The notes: generated from the sequence alone by a model not told the origin. Counted from the first letter of the stretch, positions 9,823 through 19,716 are shown. The stretch: 64,000 nt of DNA from Vulcanimicrobiota bacterium (GCA_963805945.1 CAWDVP010000001.1:256001-320000), one strand, 5' to 3'. Numbers and translations: made by a program.

Positions 9823-10941
9823 ATGAATCTCCTCGCGGTTTTGGTCGTCGCGCTCGCGGCGGCATCGCCTACTCCGGCCGCCCCGGCCGGCGCCGCGGCC
9901 ACTGCTACGCCCGTTCCCGGACCGACTATCAAACCGGTGCAGTGGCAGGGCGTCACGCTCGGCGAAGACATCGACGCCGTCCGCACGCGGCTCGGCAAGC
10001 CGGATTTCAGCCGCAAGATCATCCAAGGTTCGGCGCTCGTCGGCTATCAGATCCACGGCGGCGAAGGTTCACTCGTCATCGAGACCTCCGACCGCCAGGT
10101 GACGCAGATCCGCGTGGAGGCCGCGGCGCCGAAGCAGCTCGGCCTGCCGATCGGCGATCCGTTCGGTGTCGATCTCGGCGACAGTCTCAACCGCCTGCTC
10201 ACGGTGCGTGGCGAACCGACCCGCGCCGACGACGAAGGCGGCGATGAATCGACGACGACGTACGGAGGCTCGAACGACAACCGCTGGGTCTACAGCATGC
10301 ACAGCGGCATGATCTATGCGATCACGCTCGTCGCGCCGAAGCTGATCAACCCCGCTACGTTGGTGCCGCCGCGGCACGGCATCACGCTGACGGGCACACC
10401 CGCGCCGCCGCCGCGTCACCATATCGTCATCAAAGGGACGCCGGCTCCGACGCCCACGGGTGCGACGCCGAAAGGCGCCACGCCGGCCGGAGCGCCGACG
10501 GAAGCCCCCGTCGCCACGCCGTCGCCGACGCCGATACCCGGCATCGCAGTGACGCCGGCGCCGTCGCCCGAGCCGCGCATCGCGCCGCCGCCTTCAGGGC
10601 ATGGTTCGCCGACGCCGAAGCCCACCGCCGCGCCGACCGCTGCGCCGACGCCGACGCCGACGCCCAATCCGAACGCGACACCGGCGGCCGACGGCAGCTC
10701 GGTGCAGACGGCGATCGTCGTGCGCGCGCCCGATCAGACCGAGGGCTTCACCTACATCTATAAGTTCGTCGAGAACATCCCGTGCGCCGACGGCAACTCG
10801 CAATATCGCATCGCCGATCAGGTCATCTTCTCGGAGAACCGCCACAACTACGCCAAGGTGACCGGGGAATGTCCGGTGGGGCACGACCGTCGAGCGTTCT
10901 TCTTCGACATCACGTACATCTTCACGCGCGCCCCGCGCTGA
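9823..10941 (+). CDS. Secreted hypothetical protein with Pro/Thr/Ala-rich linker
   Basis: Signal peptide, two similar GV.LG...D....RLG/RGEP units, long PT-rich region, C-terminal FFFDITY domain; GGAG upstream. Confidence 0.65.
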   Translation: MNLLAVLVVALAAASPTPAAPAGAAATATPVPGPTIKPVQWQGVTLGEDIDAVRTRLGKPDFSRKIIQGSALVGYQIHGGEGSLVIETSDRQVTQIRVEAAAPKQLGLPIGDPFGVDLGDSLNRLLTVRGEPTRADDEGGDESTTTYGGSNDNRWVYSMHSGMIYAITLVAPKLINPATLVPPRHGITLTGTPAPPPRHHIVIKGTPAPTPTGATPKGATPAGAPTEAPVATPSPTPIPGIAVTPAPSPEPRIAPPPSGHGSPTPKPTAAPTAAPTPTPTPNPNATPAADGSSVQTAIVVRAPDQTEGFTYIYKFVENIPCADGNSQYRIADQVIFSENRHNYAKVTGECPVGHDRRAFFFDITYIFTRAPR

Positions 10942-10972
10942 CGCGCACGACACGGCTGGCGCGCCCGACCAT

Positions 10973-10998
10973 GTAGGGGTCGACCCTTAGGTCGGCCC
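10973..10998 (+). repeat. REP family A (GTAG-GGGYCGA hairpin)
   Basis: GTAGGGGTCGACCCTTAGGTCGGCCC. Confidence 0.8.
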
Positions 10999-11985
10999 TT
11001 GCACGGTCAGGTCGCCGAGGGCGCGGCGCGCGAACACGCGCAGCATCCGCTTGCGATACGGGATGGTCGCGCTGGTGTTGTCGAGCGGCCGCCCGACGGC
11101 GAACGCCGCGTCCGCGGCGGCTTCAAGTGCGCCGTCGTCGAGCGTACTGCCGACGAGGGCCTGCACCGCGAGCGGCACCTCCAACGGTTTCGGTGCGACC
11201 GCGTTGAGCACGAGCTTCGCGGCCGTGCAGATGCCGGCGTCATCGAGCCGCACGACGACCGCGACGCCGAGGATCGGGAAATCGAACGAGTTGCGCAACC
11301 GCAGCTTGCGATAGGCGCTGCGCGTGTGCGGCGCGGGCGGCGGCACCGAGATGCGCGTGACGATCTCGCCCGGCTGCTTCTCCCATGCGTACATGCCGTC
11401 GTTGAGGTAGAACGATGCGATCGGCACTTCGCGCTCGCCTGACGGCCCTGCAAGATGCACGCTAGCACCGAACGCCTGCAGCACCGGCGCCATGTCCGAC
11501 GAGTTCACCGCGAGGCATTTCGGACTGCTCGTCGCGACGCGGCAGATATCGCCGTCCTTCTTCATGCAATAGCCGAGCGCTTTGCGCCAATCGAGGTTCT
11601 GGTTGTAATAGTTGCAGCGTGTATCGACGCATAGATTGCCGCCCAGCGTCCCCATGTTGCGCAGCTGCGGCGTCGAGATGAGCGCTGCGGCCTGCGCGAG
11701 CGCGGGATAGTGGCGCTGCACCGCATCGCTTTCGGCGATCGAGGTGAGCGTCGCGAGCGCGCCGACGGTCAGCCCGCTCACGTCGTTGTAGCGGATGAAA
11801 CCGAGATTGCGGATGGGCCGCAGACCGACGAGCACCTTCGGCGTGAACAAGCGCTGCTTCATGTTCGCGTAGAGATCGGTGCCGCCGGACACCGGCAGCG
11901 CGTCGAGCCCATGCTCGGCGAGCAGCGCGACCGCTTCATCGGCGGTGTGCGCGGGGACGTAACGGAACGACGGCAGGCGCAGCAT
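10987..11985 (-). CDS. hcrB: Xanthine dehydrogenase-family FAD subunit, 4-hydroxybenzoyl-CoA reductase beta-like with Cys-rich insertion
   Basis: SGGTDL, PQLRNMGTLGGNLC, insertion C-DTRCNYYNQ...YCMKKDGDIC...KC, KLRLRNSFDFP. Confidence 0.75.
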   Translation of the reverse strand: MLRLPSFRYVPAHTADEAVALLAEHGLDALPVSGGTDLYANMKQRLFTPKVLVGLRPIRNLGFIRYNDVSGLTVGALATLTSIAESDAVQRHYPALAQAAALISTPQLRNMGTLGGNLCVDTRCNYYNQNLDWRKALGYCMKKDGDICRVATSSPKCLAVNSSDMAPVLQAFGASVHLAGPSGEREVPIASFYLNDGMYAWEKQPGEIVTRISVPPPAPHTRSAYRKLRLRNSFDFPILGVAVVVRLDDAGICTAAKLVLNAVAPKPLEVPLAVQALVGSTLDDGALEAAADAAFAVGRPLDNTSATIPYRKRMLRVFARRALGDLTVQGPT

Positions 11986-12017
11986 GGTGGACTCTTATCG
12001 GGCGGACGCCATGCGCC

Positions 12018-13619
12018 CTACCTGCCGGCGAATGACAGGTCCTGGAACGAGACCATGCTGTCGGGCGAGGCCACGAAACCCCGGATGTCCGCGCGGAAGA
12101 CGATCGGGTTGCTGGTGTGGGCGATAGTGACGATCGGCGCTTGCTCTCGGACGACCGCAAGCGCCCGCAGGTACAGCGCGCTGCGCTGTGTGCGTCCGAC
12201 GATGCGCTGCGCAGCGGCGACGTCCGCGCTGAACGCATCGTCGCGCCAAAACGCCAGGTTGTACGCGCCTGGCGGATTCGCATTGTCCTTGCTCAGCGGC
12301 ACGTAGAGGAAATTGTCCGGATCGCCGTTGTCGCCCGTCCAGCCCGAGAGGCACATGTCGTGCTCGGCGTTCTCGACCTTCTGCAGGTAGACACCCCACT
12401 CGAAGCCTTGGAGCCGCGCGTCGATGCCGACGGCGCGCAGTTCCGCTTGCACCGCCTCGGCGACACGCTGCGGCTCCGGCAGATACGGCCGCGGCGCGGT
12501 CATGTACCAGAGCGTGGTTGAAAAGCCATGCGGATAGCCGGCTTGCGCGAGCAGCCGCCGTGCCGCTGCCGGATCGTACGGATGCGCCACCTCGCCGCCG
12601 CGCGGCCACACCACCTCGGGCAAGAACTCGCGCGCGATCTTGGCGGTCGGATCGTAGAAATGCGCGACGATCGACGCGCGGTCGATCGCTTCGTTGATCG
12701 CGAGCCGCACGCGTGCGTCGTCGAAGGGATGCTTGAGATTGTTGAGCGCGATGAAGCTGAGGCTGTTCGGCGGCTGGTGGTAGATGCGCAGACGCGGATC
12801 TGCGGCGACCTGCGCAAGCGCGCCCGGGGTCGGGTATTCCCAGCCGTCGAGATCGCCGCGCCCGAGCAGCAGCAGGGTGGTCGCCGCATCGGGGATGTCG
12901 CGCAGCACGACCGTACGGATGTAGGCCTTTCGTCCCCAATACCCCTCAAAACGACGCAGCGTGATGTGGTCGTCGCGCACCCACTCGACGAACGCGTACG
13001 GACCCGTGCCGACAGGCTGCTGCGCGAAACGCTCGCGCTCTTTTTGCAGCGCGGTGGGCGATGCGATGCCGAACGCCGGCATGGCGAGATTGGCGAGCAG
13101 CGGCGCCACCGGATCGCGCAGGTCGATCTCGACCGTGAGCGGATCTGTCGCTTTGACCGCGGCGATGCGGCCGGGAAATCCGCCGAACTGGCCGCCGTAA
13201 TAGGTGAAGAATCCCCACGCGTGATAGGGGTTGTGCGGATCGCGCCAGCGATCGAAGTTGAACTTGACCGCGTTGGCGTCGAACGGCGTGCCGTCCTGGA
13301 AGCGCACGCCGCGCCGCAGGTGGAAGGTCCACATGCGCCCGTCAGCGCTCGACGACCAGGATGTGGCGAGCGATGGCTCGACGTCGAAGCTGCCCGGCTT
13401 GTAACGGGTGAGCCCTTCGTAGATGACGTGCGTCGCGGTGAGCGAGATGCCGTCGGATGAGACGGCCGGGTCCAAGGTGACCGCATCCTTGTTGCGCCCG
13501 AACACGAGCGTGTCGGGCACGCCGGCGGTCGGCTGCGACGCGCAGCCATACGCCGACATTAAGATGAACACCACGAGGCATGCCACAGCCGAAAAGCGTA
13601 CAGGGCGGCGAGAGGACAT
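12018..13619 (-). CDS. ABC transporter peptide-binding lipoprotein (DppA/OppA family 5)
   Basis: TLDPA, IYEGL, PSLATSW, FHLRRGVRFQDGTPFDANAVKFN, PVGTGPY, GWTGDNGDPDNF; lipobox-like AYGC; true start may be a few codons downstream. Confidence 0.9.
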   Translation of the reverse strand: MSSRRPVRFSAVACLVVFILMSAYGCASQPTAGVPDTLVFGRNKDAVTLDPAVSSDGISLTATHVIYEGLTRYKPGSFDVEPSLATSWSSSADGRMWTFHLRRGVRFQDGTPFDANAVKFNFDRWRDPHNPYHAWGFFTYYGGQFGGFPGRIAAVKATDPLTVEIDLRDPVAPLLANLAMPAFGIASPTALQKERERFAQQPVGTGPYAFVEWVRDDHITLRRFEGYWGRKAYIRTVVLRDIPDAATTLLLLGRGDLDGWEYPTPGALAQVAADPRLRIYHQPPNSLSFIALNNLKHPFDDARVRLAINEAIDRASIVAHFYDPTAKIAREFLPEVVWPRGGEVAHPYDPAAARRLLAQAGYPHGFSTTLWYMTAPRPYLPEPQRVAEAVQAELRAVGIDARLQGFEWGVYLQKVENAEHDMCLSGWTGDNGDPDNFLYVPLSKDNANPPGAYNLAFWRDDAFSADVAAAQRIVGRTQRSALYLRALAVVREQAPIVTIAHTSNPIVFRADIRGFVASPDSMVSFQDLSFAGR

Positions 13620-13622
13620 GTG

Positions 13623-14852
13623 ATGACACTTATACTCGAAGGCGCGACACTCATTGACGGCACCGGCGCAGACCCGGTAGCGCAGGCGACGGTGGCGATC
13701 GACGGCGACACGATCGCATCGGTCGGCAAAGGCGGCACGGCTCGGTCCAAGGGCGAGGTCATCGACCTCGCGGGACTGACGCTCTTGCCCGGACTCATGG
13801 ACGCGCACGCCCATCTCGGACTGGTCACCGATTTCACCGCGGACCCGGGCGCGATGTCGTCCGCCGAGATCGCTGCGCGCACGTTCCGCAATTGCGAGCT
13901 GTGCATCGACGCGGGCTTCACCACGGTCCGCGATATGTGCGGCGTCGACGGCGGGCTCGCGCACACCGTCGCAAGCGGCCAGGTGCGCGGTCCGCGCATC
14001 TTCCCGTCCGCGGCGGCGATCGTGCAGACCGGCGGCCACGGCCACATCACCGGACCCTACTGCTTCCAAGACCACTCGCTCGAATTCCCCGGTCTCGTGC
14101 AGATGATCGCCATCTGCGACGGCGCGGATGAGGTGCGCCGTCAAGCGCGGCTCAATTTCCGGCGCGGCGCCACGCAGCTCAAGGCGTTCATCAGCGGCGG
14201 CGTCGTTTCGACCACCGATCGACTCGAGGACACGCAGCTCACCGTCGAGGAGCTGCGCGCTGCAGTGTTCGAAGCACGCGCGCGCGACACGTACGTCGCC
14301 GGGCACGCGCACAACTGCCAGGCGATCATGAACGGCTTGGAAGCGGGCCTCGAATGCTTCGAGCACGGCACGATGCTCGACGAGAAGACCGCAGCCGCCA
14401 TGAAACGCGCCGGCGCGGCGCTCGATCCGACCTTCGCCGTCTGCCGCCTCATGGTCGATTCGTGGCGCGAGTGGAAACTGCCCGAGTCCGTCGTGCCGCG
14501 TGTCGCGCGCTGCGAACAGATGATGAGCGACGCCGTGCGCATCGCTCGCGCCGCGGGCGTCCTCACCGGCTCCGGCTCCGACCTGCTCGGTTCGGAGCAG
14601 AACCGGCGCGGGCTTGAGCTCGTCATCAAGGCCAAGATCCTGAGCCCGATGGAGGCGATCGTCAGCGCCACGCTCTCCAATGCCAAGATCTTCCGCCAAG
14701 ACCACCGGCTCGGTTCGGTGGAAAAGGGCAAGCTCGCCGACGTCATCGCGGTGCGCGGCGATCCGTTGTCGGACCCGGCGCTGTTCGACGACCCCTCGCG
14801 CGTCATGCTCGTCGTCAAAGGCGGCACAATCCTCAAGAATCTCGTCGCCTAA
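13623..14852 (+). CDS. Metal-dependent amidohydrolase (prolidase-like)
   Basis: LLPGLMDAHAH, AGFTTVRD, TGGHG, GHAH, EHG, GSGSD, GKLADVIAVRGDPL; GAGG SD. Confidence 0.9.
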   Translation: MTLILEGATLIDGTGADPVAQATVAIDGDTIASVGKGGTARSKGEVIDLAGLTLLPGLMDAHAHLGLVTDFTADPGAMSSAEIAARTFRNCELCIDAGFTTVRDMCGVDGGLAHTVASGQVRGPRIFPSAAAIVQTGGHGHITGPYCFQDHSLEFPGLVQMIAICDGADEVRRQARLNFRRGATQLKAFISGGVVSTTDRLEDTQLTVEELRAAVFEARARDTYVAGHAHNCQAIMNGLEAGLECFEHGTMLDEKTAAAMKRAGAALDPTFAVCRLMVDSWREWKLPESVVPRVARCEQMMSDAVRIARAAGVLTGSGSDLLGSEQNRRGLELVIKAKILSPMEAIVSATLSNAKIFRQDHRLGSVEKGKLADVIAVRGDPLSDPALFDDPSRVMLVVKGGTILKNLVA

Positions 14853-15065
14853 GGCCCCGTCCCGCTTCCTCGTCTTCATGCGCACCGCGGCGGCCCAAGT
14901 CTCGGTACCGGGCTCGCGGCATGTTCCGTATTGACCCCGAGGCCCACATCGGGCCTCATGCTCTATCCTTGGACCAGAGGCAGGCGCCGCTCGGCAACCC
15001 CGGCGCCTCGCCCTCTCCGATCGATGCGAATCGATATGGCGCTCAAGGTTCAAGGAGGTTCAATC

Positions 15066-15509
15066 ATGACCGCACGCTCGAACCGCAATCCCGCATTGGC
15101 AGCCGCCGCCCTGGCGGTCGCGATCGGCCTTGCGTCCGCCATCCCCGCCGGCGCGGCGCCCCGCGTCAGCTTCAGCGAACTCCTCCCGGCCGGGCCGGTC
15201 TACATGCTCGACACCATCATCGTGACAGGCTGCGCGACCCCGGACTCGCCGGCGCGCATCAGCGACGCGTATCCCGTGCAGTGGCCGGAAGTTCCGGCGT
15301 CGCAGAACGTCGACGCGGCCACTTCGAGGATCCGACTCAACCTCGACTCACGCGGCACCTTGGTCGCGGCGGCTATCGCCGACTCCTCGGGCAATGAGCT
15401 GCTCGACGAGGCAGCGCTCTCCGCGGTCCGGCTCTCGTCCTACGAGCCCGAGGTCCGCAAGTGCACCTCGCTCGCGGCCGCGTACTTCGTCGACGTGATG
15501 TTCGAGTGA
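15066..15509 (+). CDS. Stand-alone TonB C-terminal domain protein
   Basis: Signal peptide; SSGNELLDEAALSAVRLSSYEP motif; AAGGAGG SD. Confidence 0.75.
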   Translation: MTARSNRNPALAAAALAVAIGLASAIPAGAAPRVSFSELLPAGPVYMLDTIIVTGCATPDSPARISDAYPVQWPEVPASQNVDAATSRIRLNLDSRGTLVAAAIADSSGNELLDEAALSAVRLSSYEPEVRKCTSLAAAYFVDVMFE

Positions 15510-15596
15510 CCCGCGATCGACGACACGGATGACACGACACAGGCCGGCGCCGCTCATCTCAGCGGCGTCGGTCTTCCTTATCCTAAGGCGTTCGCG

Positions 15597-16082
15597 TCAG
15601 TTCGAGGACTTTGCGGCGGCACCGTAGCGGCGCAGCTCGGCCGCGAGATCGAGCCGTTTCGTCGGCGCTTCCTTCTCATATTGGCCCCATTGGTCGCGCG
15701 GCACCATCCACATGATCTCGAACTCGTGACCGTCGGGGTCGGCGCCATACAGCGATTTCGTGGCGCCGTGGTCGCTCTCGCCAGCGAGCACGCCGGCGGC
15801 GACGAGCGCTTCACGCGCCTGGGCGAGATCCTCGATCGTCGGCACTTCCCACGCTATGTGGAACAGACCGACCGCGTTGCGCGCCGGACGCACCGCTTTG
15901 TCGCCGAGCGCGAGGAAGCCGAGGTCGTGGTGGTTCGCCGAGCCGTGCGCGCGCATGAACGCCATCTGGCCGCCGGCACGCGCCACTTCGTCGAAGCCGA
16001 AAACGTCATGATAGAAGGCGACGGAGCGGTCGAGGTCGCGCACGAGCAGGACGGCGTGATTGATGTGTTTGACGGGGATCAA
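15597..16082 (-). CDS. VOC/glyoxalase family protein
   Basis: INHAVLLVRDLDRSVAFY, HHDLG, GLFHIAW, SLYGADPDGHEFE; TTG start with GGAGG SD. Confidence 0.85.
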   Translation of the reverse strand: MIPVKHINHAVLLVRDLDRSVAFYHDVFGFDEVARAGGQMAFMRAHGSANHHDLGFLALGDKAVRPARNAVGLFHIAWEVPTIEDLAQAREALVAAGVLAGESDHGATKSLYGADPDGHEFEIMWMVPRDQWGQYEKEAPTKRLDLAAELRRYGAAAKSSN

Positions 16083-16261
16083 TGCGAACTGCCTCCATGG
16101 AGAGTGACGATGATGAGCACAACGATCAAGAAGACGCCCATCGCGATCCAAAGTACCTGGTTTGCGTACACAAGCACGAGAAGCGACGTGAACATCCCCT
16201 GAATCCGTTTCGGGTCACCGCCGGGTCGAGCGTTCGGCGGAAAACCCGGCAACTGTTTCAT
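16079..16261 (-). CDS. Small single-pass membrane protein (60 aa, or 38 aa from ATG 16195)
   Basis: ATGA overlap with hcrA stop and TTGA overlap with VOC start; hydrophobic VLWIAMGVFLIVVLIIVTL. Confidence 0.55.
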   Translation of the reverse strand: MKQLPGFPPNARPGGDPKRIQGMFTSLLVLVYANQVLWIAMGVFLIVVLIIVTLHGGSSH

Positions 16262-18708
16262 GCCCGTGCCGGCTCTTTGAGCTTCTTCAACCGCAGCGGC
16301 GCGCCGCTGCCCGCGTCCAGCGCTTTCAAGACCTTCTCCGCGGTGATCGGCGTCGAGTGGACGCGCGCTTTGATCGCGTCCGCCACCGCGTTGGCGAGCG
16401 CGGGGATGACGGGATTGAGCGGGCCTTGGCCCGCTTCCTTCGCGCCGAACGGTCCCTCACGGTCGTCGGTCTCGACGATGATCGTCTCGATCGGCGGCGT
16501 GTCTAGACTCGTCGGCGTCTTGTAGTCGAGCAGGTTGGGATTCTTGTGCTCGCCCGCGCGGAACGGCCACTCCTCCATGAGCGCTTCGCCCAGCCCCATG
16601 TAGACGCCGCCCTCGATCTGCCCTTCCACCGAATCCGCGTTCACGCAGCGCCCGACGTCGTGCGCCAGCGTGATCTTCTCGACTTTGATCTCGCCGGTCT
16701 CGAGGTCGACGTCGACTTCTGCCACCGCCACGCTGTATGAGTATGCCGGCGAGGGTCCCACGCCTGAGCCCTTGTATTCCGCGGCGAGTTTCGGCGCGGT
16801 GTACGAGCCCGCGCACGCAATCGTGCCGAAGCGGCCCTCGGCGAGCTGCGCCGCTTCGATGAAGGTGAGCTCGTTGGCAGGAGTATCGACGTCGAACACC
16901 CTGCGTTTGGCGAAGCCGACGCGCTCGACCGCGATGCCCAGTTTCTCCGCGGCGGTGTGCGCGATCATCGCGCGCGCCTTGCCGGCGGCTTCACGCGCCG
17001 CGTTGCCCGCCATGAACGTGACGCGGCTCGAGTACGAGCCCAAATCGACCGGCGTGAGATCCGTGTCGCCGTAACAGACGCACACGTCTGTCACGTCGAC
17101 GCCCAGCGTCTCCGCCACGATCGCGGCGAGCATGTGCGTCGAACCTTGGCCGCACTCGCTCGTGCCGGTGAGGATGGTGACGCCGCCGCCGCGATCCACC
17201 TTCACGATCGCGGCCGATTGCGGCATATCGTTCCAATAGATGGGCAGGCCCGCGCCGCACAGATATGCGCTCGCCGCGATGCCGATGCCCTTGCCGCGCG
17301 GCAGCTTCCCCTTCTTGCGCTTGTATCCGGTGCGCTCCGCCGCGGCGTCGAGGCACTCGCGGATGCCGCACGAGGTGACGCGCAAGCCGTTGATCGTCGT
17401 CGTGTTCGGATCGACCGCGATGCGCTTGCGATACTCGGCCGCGTCGAGGCCGAGCGCGTCGGCGATCTTGTCGAGCTGGCTCTCGAGCGCGAAGCGCGGC
17501 TGCGTCGTGCCGTGCCCGCGCTTCGGACCGCACGGCGGCTTGTTGGTGAACACGCGGATGCCGTCGAACTTGTACGCGGGCACCTTGTAGGTGACGGTGG
17601 TCAGCGCGCCGGTGTAGTAGGTCGTCGCCACGCCGTACGAGCCATATCCGCCGCCGTCGAGGAACGATTGCAGGTGGATGGCGGTGATCGTGCCGTCGTT
17701 CTTGACGCCGGTCTTGAGCTTGAACTTCACCGGATGGCGGCCGCGGTGGGCGTAGAACACCTCTTGGCGGGTGAGCGCGATCTTCACCGGACGGCCAGTC
17801 TTGCGTGCGAGGAACGCCGCCGCGAGCTCGTGGGCGAACGGCTCGGTCTTGCCGCCGAAGCCGCCGCCGACCGGCGGCGCTATCACGCGCACGTGGCTGC
17901 CGGGCAGGCCGAGCACGGCGCACGAGATGCGATGCAGATAGTGCGGCGTCTGGGTTGAGCACCACAGTGTCAGCTTGCCGTCGCCGCCGAAGCGCGCGAC
18001 CACCGCGTGCTGCTCGATCGGCGCATGCGTCGTGCCGTCGAAGAAATACTCGTCTTCGAAGATCCGGTCGGCGGCGGCGAAGCCCGCCTCGACCTCGCCG
18101 AACTCGAGGTGGACTTCCTTATGGATGTTGTTCGTGCGCCGCGGGTTTTCGTGGATCTGCGGCAGGTCGTCGCGCAGGCCTTGTTCGATCGTCATGATCG
18201 TCGGCAGGGGCTCGTACTCGACCTCGATCAGCTCGAGCGCCTCCTCGGCCGTGAACTCATCGTCCGCCACGACACACGCGATGGGATCGCCGACGTAGCG
18301 CACCTTGTCGACGGCCATGACCGTCTCGTCCGCGCTCGACGGGAGGATGCCGTAGCGGACCGGCATGTCCTCGCCGGTCGCGATCGCGACGACGCCGGGA
18401 AGCTGCAAGGCGCGGCTCACGTCGACTCGTAGAAGCTTCGCATGCGGCATGGTGCTGCGCAGCATCTTGCCGTAGAGCATGTTCGGTAAGAAGATGTCGT
18501 CGGTGAACTGGTCTTGGCCGGTGACGCGCGTGTAGCTGTCGAGCTTCGGCATGGCCTTGCCGATGACGTGAAAACCTTCGGGTTTGCCGGGCGGCGTCTG
18601 CGGTGCGCGTGCGACGATCGTGAGGGCGTCGTGCGCCGGCATCGGCGGGCTCGCGTCGCCGTCCGGATTGGTCGCGGTGGTGACCTTGGGGAGATCGCTC
18701 TCCTTCAT
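16258..18708 (-). CDS. hcrA: Xanthine dehydrogenase-family molybdopterin subunit, 4-hydroxybenzoyl-CoA reductase alpha-like
   Basis: STQTPHY, VGGGFGGK, HRGRHP, CGPKRGHG, ECGQGS, GSYSSRVTFM, VEGQIEGG, GPFGAKEAG. Confidence 0.75.
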   Translation of the reverse strand: MKESDLPKVTTATNPDGDASPPMPAHDALTIVARAPQTPPGKPEGFHVIGKAMPKLDSYTRVTGQDQFTDDIFLPNMLYGKMLRSTMPHAKLLRVDVSRALQLPGVVAIATGEDMPVRYGILPSSADETVMAVDKVRYVGDPIACVVADDEFTAEEALELIEVEYEPLPTIMTIEQGLRDDLPQIHENPRRTNNIHKEVHLEFGEVEAGFAAADRIFEDEYFFDGTTHAPIEQHAVVARFGGDGKLTLWCSTQTPHYLHRISCAVLGLPGSHVRVIAPPVGGGFGGKTEPFAHELAAAFLARKTGRPVKIALTRQEVFYAHRGRHPVKFKLKTGVKNDGTITAIHLQSFLDGGGYGSYGVATTYYTGALTTVTYKVPAYKFDGIRVFTNKPPCGPKRGHGTTQPRFALESQLDKIADALGLDAAEYRKRIAVDPNTTTINGLRVTSCGIRECLDAAAERTGYKRKKGKLPRGKGIGIAASAYLCGAGLPIYWNDMPQSAAIVKVDRGGGVTILTGTSECGQGSTHMLAAIVAETLGVDVTDVCVCYGDTDLTPVDLGSYSSRVTFMAGNAAREAAGKARAMIAHTAAEKLGIAVERVGFAKRRVFDVDTPANELTFIEAAQLAEGRFGTIACAGSYTAPKLAAEYKGSGVGPSPAYSYSVAVAEVDVDLETGEIKVEKITLAHDVGRCVNADSVEGQIEGGVYMGLGEALMEEWPFRAGEHKNPNLLDYKTPTSLDTPPIETIIVETDDREGPFGAKEAGQGPLNPVIPALANAVADAIKARVHSTPITAEKVLKALDAGSGAPLRLKKLKEPARA

Positions 18709-19229
18709 CGGCCGTGCGTACGGTCGAATGAATTCGGCCGCTCCATATCACCCATTCGCGCAGAGGCGAGCGCGATGGCTTCGACGATCTTCGAATAGCC
18801 CGTGCAGCGGCACAGATTACCGGCGATCGCCTCGCGGATCTGCTGCTCGGTGAGATCGCCCTTCTGCTCGACGAGCGCGGCGCCTGTCATAAGAAAGCCT
18901 GGCGTGCAGTAGCCGCATTGCGCGGCGCCGCACTCGGCGAACGCGGCTTGGATCGGATGCAATGTGCCATCGCGCGCCAGACCCTCGACGGTGCGGATCT
19001 CATGCCCTTCGGCTTCGATGGCGAGCGCGAGGCACGACAGCACGGGCACGTCATCGACCAGCACGCAGCACGCGCCGCAATGGCCCATCTCGCAACCGTG
19101 CTTGGTGCCGGTCAAACCGAGATCCTCACGCAGCACTTCGAGCAGCGTTTTGTTGGGATGAAACGCGCACTCGATCGGCTCGCCGTTGATGGTGAGCGTC
19201 ACGAGGACTTTCGCGGGGGCGACGGTCAT
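18705..19229 (-). CDS. hcrC: 2x[2Fe-2S] small subunit of xanthine dehydrogenase family
   Basis: GTKHGCEMGHCGAC..SC, AQCGYCTPG, GNLCRCTGY; ATGA coupling to large subunit. Confidence 0.8.
   Translation of the reverse strand: MTVAPAKVLVTLTINGEPIECAFHPNKTLLEVLREDLGLTGTKHGCEMGHCGACCVLVDDVPVLSCLALAIEAEGHEIRTVEGLARDGTLHPIQAAFAECGAAQCGYCTPGFLMTGAALVEQKGDLTEQQIREAIAGNLCRCTGYSKIVEAIALASARMGDMERPNSFDRTHGR
18721..18747 (-). repeat. REP family B inside the hcrC 3' end
   Basis: CGGTCGAATGAATTCGGCCGCTCCATA. Confidence 0.7.
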
Positions 19230-19286
19230 GGGGTGTGTCGGCGCTCCGTTCAGCTAGCAGAACGCCCGTTCTCGGGCCAGACAGTA

Positions 19287-19703
19287 TTATAGATGATGGG
19301 GGAGTGGATAGCAACGAGTCGCCGCAGAGCGCCACAGCCGCCATCCCAGGGCGGCGCTGAGGCCGCCCAGCCCGATGATGAGACCTTCAAGCAGTTTCGA
19401 GATGAAGCCGTGCCGGTAGTCCGGCCCGGCGAAGAGCATGTCGTGGCCATGCACGACGATCGCGCCGATGCACCACAACGCGCCGGTGAATGCGAGCACG
19501 ATCGCGGCCCGGTCGTTCCCGCGAAGCACGAGCGCGATGCCGATCAGTTGCAGCACGTACGCACCGGCGAGGAGCCACTCGCTCGCGGCCAGCGATATTC
19601 CGAAACGGTCTAGATCACCGTAGCGGAAGTCCTCAAGTGCGTGCGGGAAAGCGACGAACGCGAGCGCGACCGCGACGACGACAAGACTAATGCGAGGCGA
19701 CAT
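19287..19703 (-). CDS. Hypothetical membrane protein (about 4 TM)
   Basis: Hydrophobic helices, PHALEDF motif. Confidence 0.6.
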   Translation of the reverse strand: MSPRISLVVVAVALAFVAFPHALEDFRYGDLDRFGISLAASEWLLAGAYVLQLIGIALVLRGNDRAAIVLAFTGALWCIGAIVVHGHDMLFAGPDYRHGFISKLLEGLIIGLGGLSAALGWRLWRSAATRCYPLPHHL

Positions 19704-19716
19704 GCGTGATGGATTT

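Noticed and set aside
10400..10690. CCGACG-like repeats
   Set aside because: Codons of the Pro/Thr linker; no repeat-spacer pattern.
13620..15053. N-terminal half of the 1011-aa minus-strand ORF
   Set aside because: Antisense shadow of the amidohydrolase; only the part below 13619 resembles a peptide-binding protein.
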